This document shows positions 21,691-31,300 of a stretch of 64,000 nt of DNA, piece by piece. How positions within the stretch are numbered: position 1 is the first letter of the stretch; each line of letters begins with the position of its first letter. The position numbers were made by a program, and so were the translations under genes. Source of the stretch: Nitrospirota bacterium (lineage in GTDB: Bacteria > Nitrospirota > Thermodesulfovibrionia > Thermodesulfovibrionales > JdFR-85); NCBI GenBank assembly GCA_015492645.1, contig WGER01000001.1, positions 15,926 through 79,925 on the forward strand, read 5' to 3'. The notes beneath the pieces were generated by a model, which saw only the letters and a list, made by a program, of their open reading frames with translations, was not told the DNA's origin and searched no databases.

Positions 21691-21709
21691 TGTCACCTCC
21701 TGAGAATTA

Positions 21710-21737
21710 AGAGGCAGCCAGGACTCTGGCTGCCTCT
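21710..21737 (-). terminator. stem-loop downstream of Spy/ZraP-like gene
   Basis: AGAGGCAGCCAG-GACT-CTGGCTGCCTCT perfect 12-bp inverted repeat; weak U-tract. Confidence 0.6.
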
Positions 21738-21744
21738 CAGTCAA

Positions 21745-22143
21745 TTAATACCAGCAGGGAGAACCGAATACTCCACCTCTCTGGGCTGTCCTCGGTGTCT
21801 TCTGATAGATCTTCTGCTGTAGTTCTGTGATCTCCTTCTGGAGTCCTGTTAAGACCTCAGGGCTGGTCTTGGGGTCTCTCAGGGCCTCAAAATACTCGAA
21901 CTGTTTCTCCTGCAACTGTCTTCTAAGGTCCTTGGTTTCATCAAGGAACCTCTGGTCATAGCCATATCCACCGGCCCAGCCCATCATCCCAGGGCCCATG
22001 CCATAACCACCCATCATGCCTCGTCCCATCATTCCATAGCCACCACCCATCATGCCTCCAAACCAGCCTGGACCAAAGGCAAAGGCACCTGCACCAAGGG
22101 CCAGTACTGCTGTGACTGTCAATACTACGAGTAACCTCTTCAT
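21745..22143 (-). CDS. Spy/CpxP/ZraP-like periplasmic protein
   Basis: Signal peptide, Gly-Met-rich repeats, FLDETKDLRRQL..K helices. Confidence 0.8.
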   Translation of the reverse strand: MKRLLVVLTVTAVLALGAGAFAFGPGWFGGMMGGGYGMMGRGMMGGYGMGPGMMGWAGGYGYDQRFLDETKDLRRQLQEKQFEYFEALRDPKTSPEVLTGLQKEITELQQKIYQKTPRTAQRGGVFGSPCWY

Positions 22144-22197
22144 TTAAAACCTCCTCTGGTTGATTTTGGCTGCCAAGCAACCCATATCTTGGTTTCT

Positions 22198-22251
22198 ATA
22201 ATACATCCAGGTTTTGAATTTAAGATGAAAATAAAATGAAAGAAATGTGAA
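22198..22251 (-). promoter_or_regulatory. promoter with four TTCA repeats at 11-bp period and -10 TATTAT (copy 1)
   Basis: Plus-strand heptamers start at 22212, 22223, 22234 and 22245; -10 at 22198-22203. Confidence 0.7.
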
Positions 22252-22464
22252 GATCATCGCAAGGCGGAAGTGAGGACTCATCTATTCAGGATCAATACCT
22301 CTCCTGATGCATCTATGTTCTATACAGAGGAGGTAAAGGGGAAAAAGAAGACCTTTGCGAGGGGTTTTATTACAGTGGACTTTGCCTGTCTGGGTTGTCA
22401 TAAAAACAGGGATAAGAAATGGGCCTCTCAGATGGCAAAGGGGGTTCATACCAGAGGGAAATAG
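22240..22464 (+). pseudogene. C-terminal remnant of a c-type (probably multiheme) cytochrome
   Basis: THLFRIN...DFACLGCH with one CxxCH; in-frame stop at 22237, no signal peptide or SD. Confidence 0.6.
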
Positions 22465-22473
22465 TCAAAAGAA

Positions 22474-22497
22474 AGGGGCAGCCTTGAGGCTGCCCCT
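22474..22497 (-). terminator. intrinsic terminator (possibly bidirectional)
   Basis: AGGGGCAGCC-TTGA-GGCTGCCCCT followed on the minus strand by TTCTTTT. Confidence 0.75.
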
Positions 22498-22523
22498 GAA
22501 GGGAGGTACGAGGCGGTTCAGCC

Positions 22524-23714
22524 TCAGATAAGACAACTCCTGTAAAGCGGGTCTCTCACATCCTGGACTCTACCATGTGCCAACTGGATGGTGTCTCTCA
22601 ACATAGCCTTTATTTCCGCCGTAAACCCAATATGCTGAATCACGTCTAACAGGACTCTGTTAGACAGATCACTCAGTTGATAGAAATCGGTGTCAGTTAT
22701 GGTGTGTACATTATTTCTGAGCATGTATACCACCCTTTCTATGGTTCTTCCTGCCTCATGGCCGTAAACATTTCTTCCGAACCAGGACAGGTCGTCCTTT
22801 GTCAGAGGCATGTAACTATGTACTGGAAGTGCTATGTACAGCATCTTCAGAGTTACATTTAAGAACCTCTCAACAGGGCCATGCCCCTGACAAACTCCCT
22901 TTCTTTTACATTCTCCTGATAAACTGTGGGAGTCTCTTATCTGCCGGGCCAGGTCTCTTATAGATCCGTAGTACTGTGTAAGGATTCCATTATAAAGAGC
23001 CTTAAGGATATATCTTCTGGTTGGCATACGAGGTGGATAGAGGTTTTCCACCCTCTCCATAAAACCATCAGAACGGATCTTTACTCCATGCCTGAGAGAA
23101 TATGAGAATGGAGAAGAATTACGAAATTCCTCTCTTACCATCTCCTCTGTCAGGACCGTGTACTCAATGTCTGTCTTCTGTCCGTGGGACTGTTCATCGA
23201 TCTCCCTCTGAAACACCAGATCGCACACCTTTTCAAAACTGCCATCTTTACATATCAGCACCACATCAATATCCGATCCTGATGTATTTCTCTTAAAGGC
23301 CATGCTACCAACAAGTACAACCGCACTGATTTCATCTAATACCGGTCTCAGGAAACCTAACTTCTCTTCCACCTCCTTTAACTGTTCTCCAGAAATCCTC
23401 TCATGCCTTCTGGTATGTGGTGTAGCAGGAGTCTTCTTTTTAAATGATAGGGACTCCAGGAGCCATAGAGAAATGAATCTTCCACCTATTGCCAAAAATA
23501 CTGCATATAGGAGCCCAAGGAAAATCCCGGTCAGGATCACTGTCTTTTCCAGGAGACAGGGCTCTTTTACAGGGAAAGTGAACCTTGACAGGAGGACCAT
23601 TGGACCATAACTCCCAATAAACAGTCCCAGGGGTAGCCCTATTAATAAGAATAAAGCCGGGATACCCCATTTGATTAAGACCTTCCAGACCTTTCTGCTC
23701 TCTGTCCTTTCCAT
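22524..23714 (-). CDS. membrane-anchored nucleotidyltransferase-domain protein
   Basis: Two N-terminal TM helices then pol-beta motif VGS.A......SDIDVV; start moved to ATG 23714. Confidence 0.7.
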   Translation of the reverse strand: MERTESRKVWKVLIKWGIPALFLLIGLPLGLFIGSYGPMVLLSRFTFPVKEPCLLEKTVILTGIFLGLLYAVFLAIGGRFISLWLLESLSFKKKTPATPHTRRHERISGEQLKEVEEKLGFLRPVLDEISAVVLVGSMAFKRNTSGSDIDVVLICKDGSFEKVCDLVFQREIDEQSHGQKTDIEYTVLTEEMVREEFRNSSPFSYSLRHGVKIRSDGFMERVENLYPPRMPTRRYILKALYNGILTQYYGSIRDLARQIRDSHSLSGECKRKGVCQGHGPVERFLNVTLKMLYIALPVHSYMPLTKDDLSWFGRNVYGHEAGRTIERVVYMLRNNVHTITDTDFYQLSDLSNRVLLDVIQHIGFTAEIKAMLRDTIQLAHGRVQDVRDPLYRSCLI

Positions 23715-23720
23715 GCTGAC

Positions 23721-23774
23721 ATGATACAGGGGATTTTTGAACAAAAGATGAAAGAGATATGAAGAAAATGTGAA
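23721..23774 (-). promoter_or_regulatory. promoter with four TTCA repeats at 11-bp period and -10 TATCAT (copy 2)
   Basis: Heptamers start at 23735, 23746, 23757 and 23768; -10 at 23721-23726; geometry identical to copy 1. Confidence 0.7.
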
Positions 23775-24150
23775 CTGGATCTTCATATCTCTGGTATCTT
23801 AATTGCAGGTATGGCATAAAGGCATTTTAGAGACATCGAATCTGGAGAGACTACAGTGAAAGAGGTGTCGTTAATGATTTTTCAGAGACTGTTAGATTGG
23901 CAACGGCGATGGAGTGTAGTTGAAATCCGTAATTCTTTCAGAGGTCGCCCTGCCCCGATATTTTCATAGATACCACTGTGGTCTTGCCAGGGGGTAATTC
24001 ATTAGATCGGTCGCCTCTTTGTCCCTTCCGAAGAAACAATACATATTACATCTGACCAATAAGCAGTCCCTTTCAGCAGGACATGCCGGACAATGTCAGT
24101 CCAGAGGCAATAAGTGGAATCCGATGGGCGGTTCTGATATAATACATTTG

Positions 24151-24864
24151 ATGGTCAAAACGGAAAGAGCGAGTCTCATTGAAAGAATCTCTGAGGTCTA
24201 CAAGAGGGTATCCCATGCAGCAATGAGGGCTGGCAGGGACCCCTCAGAGGTGAAGGTAATTGCTGTCACAAAGACCATACCAGCAGAACAGATCATGGAG
24301 GCGGTGGAAGCAGGGATAAGGATTATCGGAGAGAACAGGGTCCAGGAGGCAAGGCAGAAGATTCTGGCCCTGAAGGATACCATTCCACCAACCGTGCAAT
24401 GGCATATGATAGGCCATCTCCAGAAGAACAAGGTGAGGCCCGCCCTACAGATGTTTGAACTGATCCATTCCCTTGACAGTATGGAACTGGCTGAAAGGAT
24501 AAACAGGATCGCTGCGGAGTATGGGAAGGTCCAGAGGTGTCTCATACAGGTGAAACTCTCTGATGAAGAGACCAAATACGGTATCAGACCAGAATACCTC
24601 GAGGCAATGCTCAACAGGGTCTCGGAGATGCAGAACATAAGGGTTGAAGGACTCATGACAATCCCTCCATACCTTGAAGACCCGGAGATGGTGAGACCCT
24701 ATTTCAGGAGACTGAGACGGTTGAGGGACGAACTCCAGGAACGTGGATATCAACTGCCTGAACTGTCGATGGGGATGTCAGGGGACTATGAGGTGGCTGT
24801 TGAGGAAGGGGCAACGATTGTGAGAATAGGTACGGCCATATTTGGGCCAAGGAGGTATGGATGA
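24151..24864 (+). CDS. yggS: PLP homeostasis protein YggS
   Basis: AVTK, GENRVQE, HMIGHLQKNK, LSMGMSGD and RIGTAIFG; start moved to 24151. Confidence 0.95.
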   Translation: MVKTERASLIERISEVYKRVSHAAMRAGRDPSEVKVIAVTKTIPAEQIMEAVEAGIRIIGENRVQEARQKILALKDTIPPTVQWHMIGHLQKNKVRPALQMFELIHSLDSMELAERINRIAAEYGKVQRCLIQVKLSDEETKYGIRPEYLEAMLNRVSEMQNIRVEGLMTIPPYLEDPEMVRPYFRRLRRLRDELQERGYQLPELSMGMSGDYEVAVEEGATIVRIGTAIFGPRRYG

Positions 24865-25646
24865 TCGGGTTCATTGGTGGTGGTAACATGGCAGAGGCGA
24901 TAATAAGGGGTCTTGTAGAGAAAGAGACGGGGATCATAGTGTCTGACAGGAGGCAGGAAAGGCTTGCCTTTCTGAGAGACAACTACGGGGTGCAGACCAC
25001 ACCTGATAACTTAGAGGTCTGTCAGAGGGCCTCTCTCATAGTCCTTGCAGTGAAACCTCAGAATATGAAGGAGGTCCTAGAAGAGATAAGGCCGGCTATA
25101 GAGGAAGGACATCTTATTGTCTCGATTGCTGCCGGCATAAGGCTTCTGTGGATATCTGAGATGCTCAATACGGACAGGGTTATAAGGGTAATGCCCAACT
25201 GTGCTGCCCTCTTTGGGGAATCCATGACTGTATTGTCTCCACACAAAGGGGTTACAGAGTCTGACCTTAAGAGGGTGGAGGAGGTCTTCAGGTCAGTGGG
25301 TGATGTTATGGTAATGGAGGAGGAGAAGATGGATACAGTTACGGCCCTCAGCGGCAGTGGGCCTGCCTATGTGGCAGAGTTCGTCGAGTCCCTTGTAGAG
25401 GCTGCGGTGAGGGAGGGTATTACCCATGAGGATGCCCTCAACCTTGTGCTCCAGACCCTGAGGGGGGCTCTAAGGCTCCTTTCAGAGGGGATAGGCACTC
25501 AGGAACTGAAGAGGATGGTCACCTCTCCAGGAGGAACGACTGCGGAGGCACTGTACAGCCTTGACAGGGGTGGTTTCAGGGCAACTGTAAAGGAGGCCCT
25601 CAGGGCGGCAAAAAGGCGTTCAGAAGAATTGAGTAAAGGGAGGTAG
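24861..25646 (+). CDS. proC: pyrroline-5-carboxylate reductase
   Basis: GFIGGGNM, AVKPQ, SGSGPAY and VTSPGGTT. Confidence 0.96.
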   Translation: MIGFIGGGNMAEAIIRGLVEKETGIIVSDRRQERLAFLRDNYGVQTTPDNLEVCQRASLIVLAVKPQNMKEVLEEIRPAIEEGHLIVSIAAGIRLLWISEMLNTDRVIRVMPNCAALFGESMTVLSPHKGVTESDLKRVEEVFRSVGDVMVMEEEKMDTVTALSGSGPAYVAEFVESLVEAAVREGITHEDALNLVLQTLRGALRLLSEGIGTQELKRMVTSPGGTTAEALYSLDRGGFRATVKEALRAAKRRSEELSKGR

Positions 25647-25648
25647 AA

Positions 25649-25945
25649 ATGTTTGTTATTGGTAACCTCTTTATAGCAGTGGGTAATGTCCTGGATATCC
25701 TCCTCACCATCTACATGTGGATAATCATCATAGCAGCCCTTGTTAGTTGGGTCAACCCTGACCCCTATAACCCGATAGTGAGATTTCTCTATGGGGTAAC
25801 AGATCCTGTATTGAGACCTATAAGGAGAAGGATCGGTATATTTGGTGGTATAGATATCTCACCCATGATAGCAATACTGATAATACTGTTTCTGAAGTAC
25901 TTCCTGGTCAGAAGCCTTATAGATCTCGGCTACAGGATTAGATAG
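25649..25945 (+). CDS. yggT: YggT family membrane protein
   Basis: SWV.PDPYNP, TDPVL.PIRR and IDISP. Confidence 0.93.
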   Translation: MFVIGNLFIAVGNVLDILLTIYMWIIIIAALVSWVNPDPYNPIVRFLYGVTDPVLRPIRRRIGIFGGIDISPMIAILIILFLKYFLVRSLIDLGYRIR

Positions 25946-25953
25946 GAGGAGTT

Positions 25954-26511
25954 ATGAGGATAACACCATTGGATATCCAGCAAAAGCAGTTCCCCGTGAG
26001 GTTCAGGGGATTTGACATGGAGGAGGTTCTCGCCTTTCTGGAGGTGATAAGGGAAGAGATGGAAGACCTCCTCAGAGAAAACGCCTCTCTGAAGGAGCAA
26101 CTGCACAGGGCAGAGGCCCAGTTAGAGGAGTACAGAGAGATGGAGCAGACATTGAGAGAGACCCTGATGACCGCTCAGCAGATGGTGGAGGAATACAAAA
26201 ACAATGCAAGGAAGGAGGCTGAATTGATAATAAGGGAGGCGGAACTGAAGGCAGAGGCGATGATCAAAGACGCTCAACAGAAGGTGATCAAGATCCATGA
26301 GGATATAGTCGATCTTAAGGGGATAAGGAGACATTTTAAGGAGGAGATCAGACGTCTCATAGAGAGCCACCTCAGGATGCTGGAGTTTGATGAGGACAGG
26401 GAACAGGATATGAGGGAGGAGATGCCGGTAAAGGAGACGGAGGAGGCTGAAAGGGTATTTTCAGACCGAGAGAGTGAGGAAGGACAAGAGGGTGAAGTAC
26501 AGGACACCTAA
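25954..26511 (+). CDS. divIVA: DivIVA domain protein
   Basis: ITPLDI..K.F...FRGFD..EV..FL plus coiled coil. Confidence 0.9.
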   Translation: MRITPLDIQQKQFPVRFRGFDMEEVLAFLEVIREEMEDLLRENASLKEQLHRAEAQLEEYREMEQTLRETLMTAQQMVEEYKNNARKEAELIIREAELKAEAMIKDAQQKVIKIHEDIVDLKGIRRHFKEEIRRLIESHLRMLEFDEDREQDMREEMPVKETEEAERVFSDRESEEGQEGEVQDT

Positions 26512-27760
26512 GGGTGTACAGGACATTCTGCCGCCGGAGGTCTCTGTCTGGCAGAAGATTGAAAATGTAGCAAGGAGGGTATTTTCTGTATACGGGTATC
26601 AGGAGATCAGGCCTCCCATTATTGAGTTTACGGAACTCTTTGTGCGCGGGATAGGAGAGGAGACGGATATTGTGGAAAAGGAGATGTACACCTTTCAGGA
26701 CAGGGCAGGCCGGAGCATCACCCTGAGGCCTGAGGGGACCGCCTCAGTTGTGAGGGCATATATCCAGCACCACCTGTACAACCTTCCATCGCCCCAGAGG
26801 TTCTATTACATGGGTCCCATGTTCAGGTACGAGAGACCACAGAAGGGCAGGTACAGACAGTTTCATCAGATAGGAGTGGAGTGCTTCGGTGAGGATACAC
26901 CAAGAGTCGATGCCGAGTTGATGCATATGCTATTCAGATACCTGGAGGCGATAGGTCTAAGGGACCTCAGTTTTGAGATTAACTCCATTGGTTGCAGGCA
27001 GTGTCGGCCTCGGTACAGGGAGAAACTTCTTCAGTTTCTCTCTTCAAAGAGAGAGCAACTCTGTACAGACTGCCTGAGGAGGTACAGCAGGAATCCTCTC
27101 AGAGTGCTGGACTGCAAGGTGCCTGAGTGTATAGAGGCAACAAAGGGGGCACCCGCTGTGACTGAGTATCTCTGTGCCAACTGTCAGGAACACTTCGGGA
27201 GTTTGAAGAGATATCTTGAACAGTTAGGGCTCACCTTCAGGGTTAATCCGAGGATGGTCAGGGGCCTTGACTACTACACGAGGACGACCTTTGAGGTCCT
27301 GTCATCTGAACTGGGTGCCCAGAACGCAGTTGCCGCCGGGGGGAGATACGATGATCTGGTGGAAGAGTTTGGGGGGCCTCCCACCCCTGCGATAGGATTT
27401 GCTGTAGGTGTGGAAAGACTGGCCACCCTCATTATGGAGAGGGCAGATACAGAAGGCCCAAGGTTGTTTGGCTATTTTGCCACCCTTGGTGAAAGGGCGA
27501 CGGAGGAGGCCATGGGCCTTGCCTCAAGACTCCGTGACAGGGGGCTGTGGGTTGAGATGAACTATCGCCCTGAGGCATCATTGAAGAGTCAGTTGAGGAA
27601 GGCCAACAGGATGAAGGCGATGTATGTATTTATACTCGGTGAAGAGGAGATACAGAAGGGTGTAATAAGATACAAGAGGATGGATGACGGTTTTCAGTCA
27701 GAGGTGAAACTGTCTGATTTCGTGGCCTTCATTACCGGTTCAATGGTTCAGGAGTCCTGA
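26474..27760 (+). CDS. hisS: histidine--tRNA ligase
   Basis: LRPEGTA, FRYERPQKGR.RQF, RGLDYY and GGRYD. Confidence 0.97.
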   Translation: MRKDKRVKYRTPKGVQDILPPEVSVWQKIENVARRVFSVYGYQEIRPPIIEFTELFVRGIGEETDIVEKEMYTFQDRAGRSITLRPEGTASVVRAYIQHHLYNLPSPQRFYYMGPMFRYERPQKGRYRQFHQIGVECFGEDTPRVDAELMHMLFRYLEAIGLRDLSFEINSIGCRQCRPRYREKLLQFLSSKREQLCTDCLRRYSRNPLRVLDCKVPECIEATKGAPAVTEYLCANCQEHFGSLKRYLEQLGLTFRVNPRMVRGLDYYTRTTFEVLSSELGAQNAVAAGGRYDDLVEEFGGPPTPAIGFAVGVERLATLIMERADTEGPRLFGYFATLGERATEEAMGLASRLRDRGLWVEMNYRPEASLKSQLRKANRMKAMYVFILGEEEIQKGVIRYKRMDDGFQSEVKLSDFVAFITGSMVQES

Positions 27761-28466
27761 AGATGCTTAAAGAGCAGAGGTCAGTATCCAGGCTCCATCT
27801 ACCCCTTCTGGTGGGTGCCCTGAGGGCCTTTCTGAGCATCCTGAGAAACTGAGCCCTCTTCACCTCCTTCGCCCCAAACCTGAGCATATGTTCGGTCTTC
27901 ACCTGGCAGTCTATAAAATGGAAGTTCCATCTCTTTAATTGAAAGACAAGGCCTACAAATGCGACCTTTGATGCATTACTCACCCTTGTGAACATGCTCT
28001 CTCCAAAGAAGGCCGCCCCAAGACTGACCCCATACAGTCCACCGACCAGTCTGTCTTCCACCCAGGTCTCAACAGAGTGAGCATATCCCTCGTGATGAAG
28101 GTTGATATATGCCTCTACCATCTCATCTGTTAGCCAGGTGCCACCTGACTTCTCTGTATGTACCTGTCTGCAGGAGGTGATCACTTCTTCAAAGGAGGAG
28201 TCCATGGTCAACCTGAAGATCCCCTTTTTTATGACCTGCCTCAGTGATCTGCTGAGTTTCAATTCATGGGGCAGTAGCACAGGTCTCGGATCAGGTGACC
28301 ACCATAGGATGGGTGAGCCTTCGGAGTACCAGGGGAATATACCCATCTCGTAGGCCTTCAGGAGCCTCTCAAGGGACAAATCGCCTCCAATCGCCAGGAG
28401 CCCATCCTCTTCTGCGAACTCCGGCGGTGGAAACAGTGGCTCTTCCGTAAGAAGAAAAAGGGCCAT
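27732..28466 (-). CDS. aat: leucyl/phenylalanyl-tRNA--protein transferase
   Basis: GLLAIGGDL, GIFPW, WWSPDPR and FFGESMF; start moved to ATG 28466. Confidence 0.95.
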   Translation of the reverse strand: MALFLLTEEPLFPPPEFAEEDGLLAIGGDLSLERLLKAYEMGIFPWYSEGSPILWWSPDPRPVLLPHELKLSRSLRQVIKKGIFRLTMDSSFEEVITSCRQVHTEKSGGTWLTDEMVEAYINLHHEGYAHSVETWVEDRLVGGLYGVSLGAAFFGESMFTRVSNASKVAFVGLVFQLKRWNFHFIDCQVKTEHMLRFGAKEVKRAQFLRMLRKALRAPTRRGRWSLDTDLCSLSIFRTPEPLNR

Positions 28467-28664
28467 ATTTTTATTATAAAACTGGGTACCCCGAGAGGTC
28501 ATCACCTGGGCGTAATTCTCCCAAATTTATACCCTGAATTGGCATTATATAGGCAATAGGCAAAGGACATCGGCCTCCCTTGCCCCTTCTTTGATTTTTG
28601 ACTGAAGTCAATGGGCAATCTACGGGAGCCCATTTAAGATGAAAATATATGTTAAAATATGTCA

Positions 28665-29063
28665 ATGTTGAAAGAGATTACCGTGAAGACAAGGAGCAGG
28701 ATGGAGATGGTGGATATAACCTCTCAGGTGCAGGAGGTGGTGAGGGAGTCTGGGGTGAAGGAAGGTATCTGTTACCTCTATGTACCTCACACCACTGCCG
28801 GGATAACCATAAATGAGGGTGCCGATCCATCAGTGGTAAGGGATATAAACAACACCCTAAGAAAACTGGTTCCACCAGACGCGGGTTATGCCCACCTTGA
28901 GGGCAATGCAGACTCACATGTAAAGACGACAATTGTTGGTCCCAACACATTCGCCTTTGTAGAAGGTGGAAGACTCAGGCTGGGTACATGGCAGTCCATT
29001 TTTCTCTGTGAGTTTGACGGTCCAAGGACGCGGAGGGTCCTTGTAAAGGTATTTTCAGGATGA
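28665..29063 (+). CDS. yjbQ: YjbQ/UPF0047 family protein
   Basis: [21 protein letters not shown] and LGTWQ..EFDGPR. Confidence 0.93.
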   Translation: MLKEITVKTRSRMEMVDITSQVQEVVRESGVKEGICYLYVPHTTAGITINEGADPSVVRDINNTLRKLVPPDAGYAHLEGNADSHVKTTIVGPNTFAFVEGGRLRLGTWQSIFLCEFDGPRTRRVLVKVFSG

Positions 29064-29299
29064 GAGGCAGGGTGGAAGTAGACAGGGAACTCTGTAAGGG
29101 CTGTGGCTATTGTGTGGTCACCTGTCCAAAGAAGGTGCTGGTTATAGATGAGGACTTCAATTCACAGGGCTATTATCCTGTAAAGGTGGCTCTGCCAGAG
29201 GAATGCACAGGTTGTTCTCTATGTGCAGAGATCTGTCCAGATATTGCGATAACCGTGTGGAAGCAGGTAAGCCCCCTGGTCAGGGAGACCTCAGGATGA
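29060..29299 (+). CDS. 2x[4Fe-4S] ferredoxin
   Basis: CKGCGYC...CP and CTGCSLC...CP. Confidence 0.92.
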   Translation: MRGRVEVDRELCKGCGYCVVTCPKKVLVIDEDFNSQGYYPVKVALPEECTGCSLCAEICPDIAITVWKQVSPLVRETSG

Positions 29300-29802
29300 A
29301 AGGGCTGAGTCTGGTCTTTTTACTTTTATTTGTGAGTTTGAGTAATGGAGCAGTGGCTCCCTGGGAGATTGAAGAGATCATGAACAAACCTGCCCCTCAG
29401 TTTACCCTTTCAGATATGGATGGCAGGGAGATATCGCTTTCGTCCTTTAACGGAAAGGTGATAATTATCAATTTCTGGGCTACCTGGTGCCCTCCCTGCA
29501 AGGCAGAGATGCCCTCACTGGACAGTCTTTACAGAGAGTTCAGGAATTCAGGTCTTGAGGTGATTGCCGTATCAGTCGATCGTTCTAAAGATGACATAAA
29601 AGACTTCCTGAGATCGAGGTCGCTCGAGTTTATCATACTCCATGATAAAGAACTGAGGGTCTCAAGGGACTATAAGGTGTATGCCTATCCGACCAGTTTT
29701 ATTATTGACAGGAAAGGGATTCTCAGGGAGAAGTTTATAGGGGAGGTTGACTGGCTGTCAGAAGAGATGAAGAGGACCGTCAAGGGATACCTCTCTCAAT
29801 GA
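29296..29802 (+). CDS. TlpA/ResA-like exported thioredoxin
   Basis: Signal peptide and NFWATWCPPC; ATGA-coupled start at 29296. Confidence 0.9.
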   Translation: MKGLSLVFLLLFVSLSNGAVAPWEIEEIMNKPAPQFTLSDMDGREISLSSFNGKVIIINFWATWCPPCKAEMPSLDSLYREFRNSGLEVIAVSVDRSKDDIKDFLRSRSLEFIILHDKELRVSRDYKVYAYPTSFIIDRKGILREKFIGEVDWLSEEMKRTVKGYLSQ

Positions 29803-30335
29803 ATACAGGAAGGATACTACCAAGGATCGTGATCTTCATCGCCGTCCTTGTAACGGGGGTCCTTGTATTGTCGTTTTTTTCCATCAGAAAGGAGCCGATA
29901 AGGGAGGGAGAGGTGGGTGTAGTAGAGAAGCGGGACGGAAGTTTCCGATTCTATCAGCCTGGGGACAGGCCCTTCCTGATACCCTTTCTCCAGAAGTTGA
30001 CAGTGATCTCCACCAGACCGCAGACCGTTATATTTAAGGAGGAAGAGGGTTTTAAAATAAAAAGGCCCGAAGGAGAGATGCAGATTGATGTGAGGGTCGT
30101 CTATTTTATCAAAGACCTCGAAAGTGCTCTCACCTCCTTTGGCGTGATGGAACCCCATAGAGAGATCAGGGAACTGCTCAGGAAGACCTTGACTGAACTG
30201 CTGAATGAGAGATTCTCTGAGGAGGCATACGAAGGGCGGAAGAGGCACCTTTTAATTGCAGAGTTACATCTGACCCTGAATGAGATATTCAGTAACAAAG
30301 GAGTGGCGATAACCAGTTTTGAGGTGAGGTTCTGA
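29799..30335 (+). CDS. SPFH/Band-7-like single-TM protein
   Basis: N-terminal TM, GEVGVV...PG..F.IPF and C-terminal GV.ITSFEV. Confidence 0.55.
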   Translation: MNTGRILPRIVIFIAVLVTGVLVLSFFSIRKEPIREGEVGVVEKRDGSFRFYQPGDRPFLIPFLQKLTVISTRPQTVIFKEEEGFKIKRPEGEMQIDVRVVYFIKDLESALTSFGVMEPHREIRELLRKTLTELLNERFSEEAYEGRKRHLLIAELHLTLNEIFSNKGVAITSFEVRF

Positions 30336-30337
30336 AG

Positions 30338-31297
30338 ATGGTGAGGTTATTGTTCTCTGCGCTGATAATTGTCTTTGCTGTCCTTGGCTGTTCAAGGGAG
30401 GAATCTGTAAGGGAGTACAGGCCACCGGAGTTCAAGGGGAGGGCCTATGTGCTGCCAGAAGGTGCTGACCATATTGCTGTTGTCTCGCTCAAGGATGGTA
30501 GCCTTAATTCAATAAAGATCTCCTCTCCTGCAAACCAGGTAATCAAGACAGACGAGGGTACATTATATATCCTCGGTAAGGACGGCATTCTCAGTGTCTT
30601 TGATATAAACAACCACAGGATGGTAAAGACCTACAGGGTTGGAGTAAACCTGTGTGGCGGGGCATTAGATGACAGGGGCAGGGTGTGGGTAACGGATGTG
30701 GGAACACAGCGGCTCCTGTTGTTTGATCCTTCACAGCAGAAGGTGCTTGATGGAGTGGAGATTCCAGAGGGGCTCTGCGGGGTTATTTTTGACAGGAACA
30801 GGGGAAGCCTCTACCTGATTGACAGGAGGCAATCCGCTCTACTTGTTTTTGATCTGAAGTCCAAGAAGGTTGTTGACAGGATTCCCTCTATTGGAAACTC
30901 TGTCCACCTGGGAGCACTTTCTCCTGCCGGGGACAGCCTCTGGATTGCCGAAGGTAATGAATACAGGGATGGCAGGCCCTACGGGGTGGGTTTTGCCAGG
31001 ACAGAGGCTATGCCAGGTGGTATAAATATAGTGGACCTTAAACTGAAACAGATGGTTGATTTCATATTGGTGGGTGGTAACACAGTGGACATAGGGTTCT
31101 CACCAGACGGTGGGCTTGCCTATGCCGTCTCCAGCCAGATGGCAGAATACGATGATGCTTCTCTTGCTGTAATAGATGTCAGGACCAGAAGGGTTATAAA
31201 GACTTACTCACTCTGTAAGCCCTGTCATGTAAAGACATCTCCAGGTGTCAAACTTGAGAGGGCGTTCGTAAGGTCTGTAGCCCTCGAATTGGAGTGA
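30338..31297 (+). CDS. YncE/YVTN-like beta-propeller lipoprotein with CxxCH
   Basis: Lipobox VLGC, propeller repeats and CKPCH; paralog of 39855-40919. Confidence 0.8.
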   Translation: MVRLLFSALIIVFAVLGCSREESVREYRPPEFKGRAYVLPEGADHIAVVSLKDGSLNSIKISSPANQVIKTDEGTLYILGKDGILSVFDINNHRMVKTYRVGVNLCGGALDDRGRVWVTDVGTQRLLLFDPSQQKVLDGVEIPEGLCGVIFDRNRGSLYLIDRRQSALLVFDLKSKKVVDRIPSIGNSVHLGALSPAGDSLWIAEGNEYRDGRPYGVGFARTEAMPGGINIVDLKLKQMVDFILVGGNTVDIGFSPDGGLAYAVSSQMAEYDDASLAVIDVRTRRVIKTYSLCKPCHVKTSPGVKLERAFVRSVALELE

Positions 31298-31300
31298 TTC

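Noticed and set aside
22225..22248. ATG AAA ATA AAA TGA AAG AAA TGT could be read as M-K-I-K-U-K-K-C (third selenoprotein)
   Set aside because: It lies within the 11-bp promoter repeats, has no SD, no SECIS-like hairpin and no recognisable Cys-homologous context.
23790..24135. ~350-bp intergenic region as ncRNA or gene remnant
   Set aside because: No recognisable RNA family, repeat or protein motif by eye; an Rfam/BLASTX search would be needed.
24151..26511. divIVA in an LPS-producing organism
   Set aside because: The yggS-proC-yggT-divIVA arrangement is a known conserved cluster in several diderm lineages.
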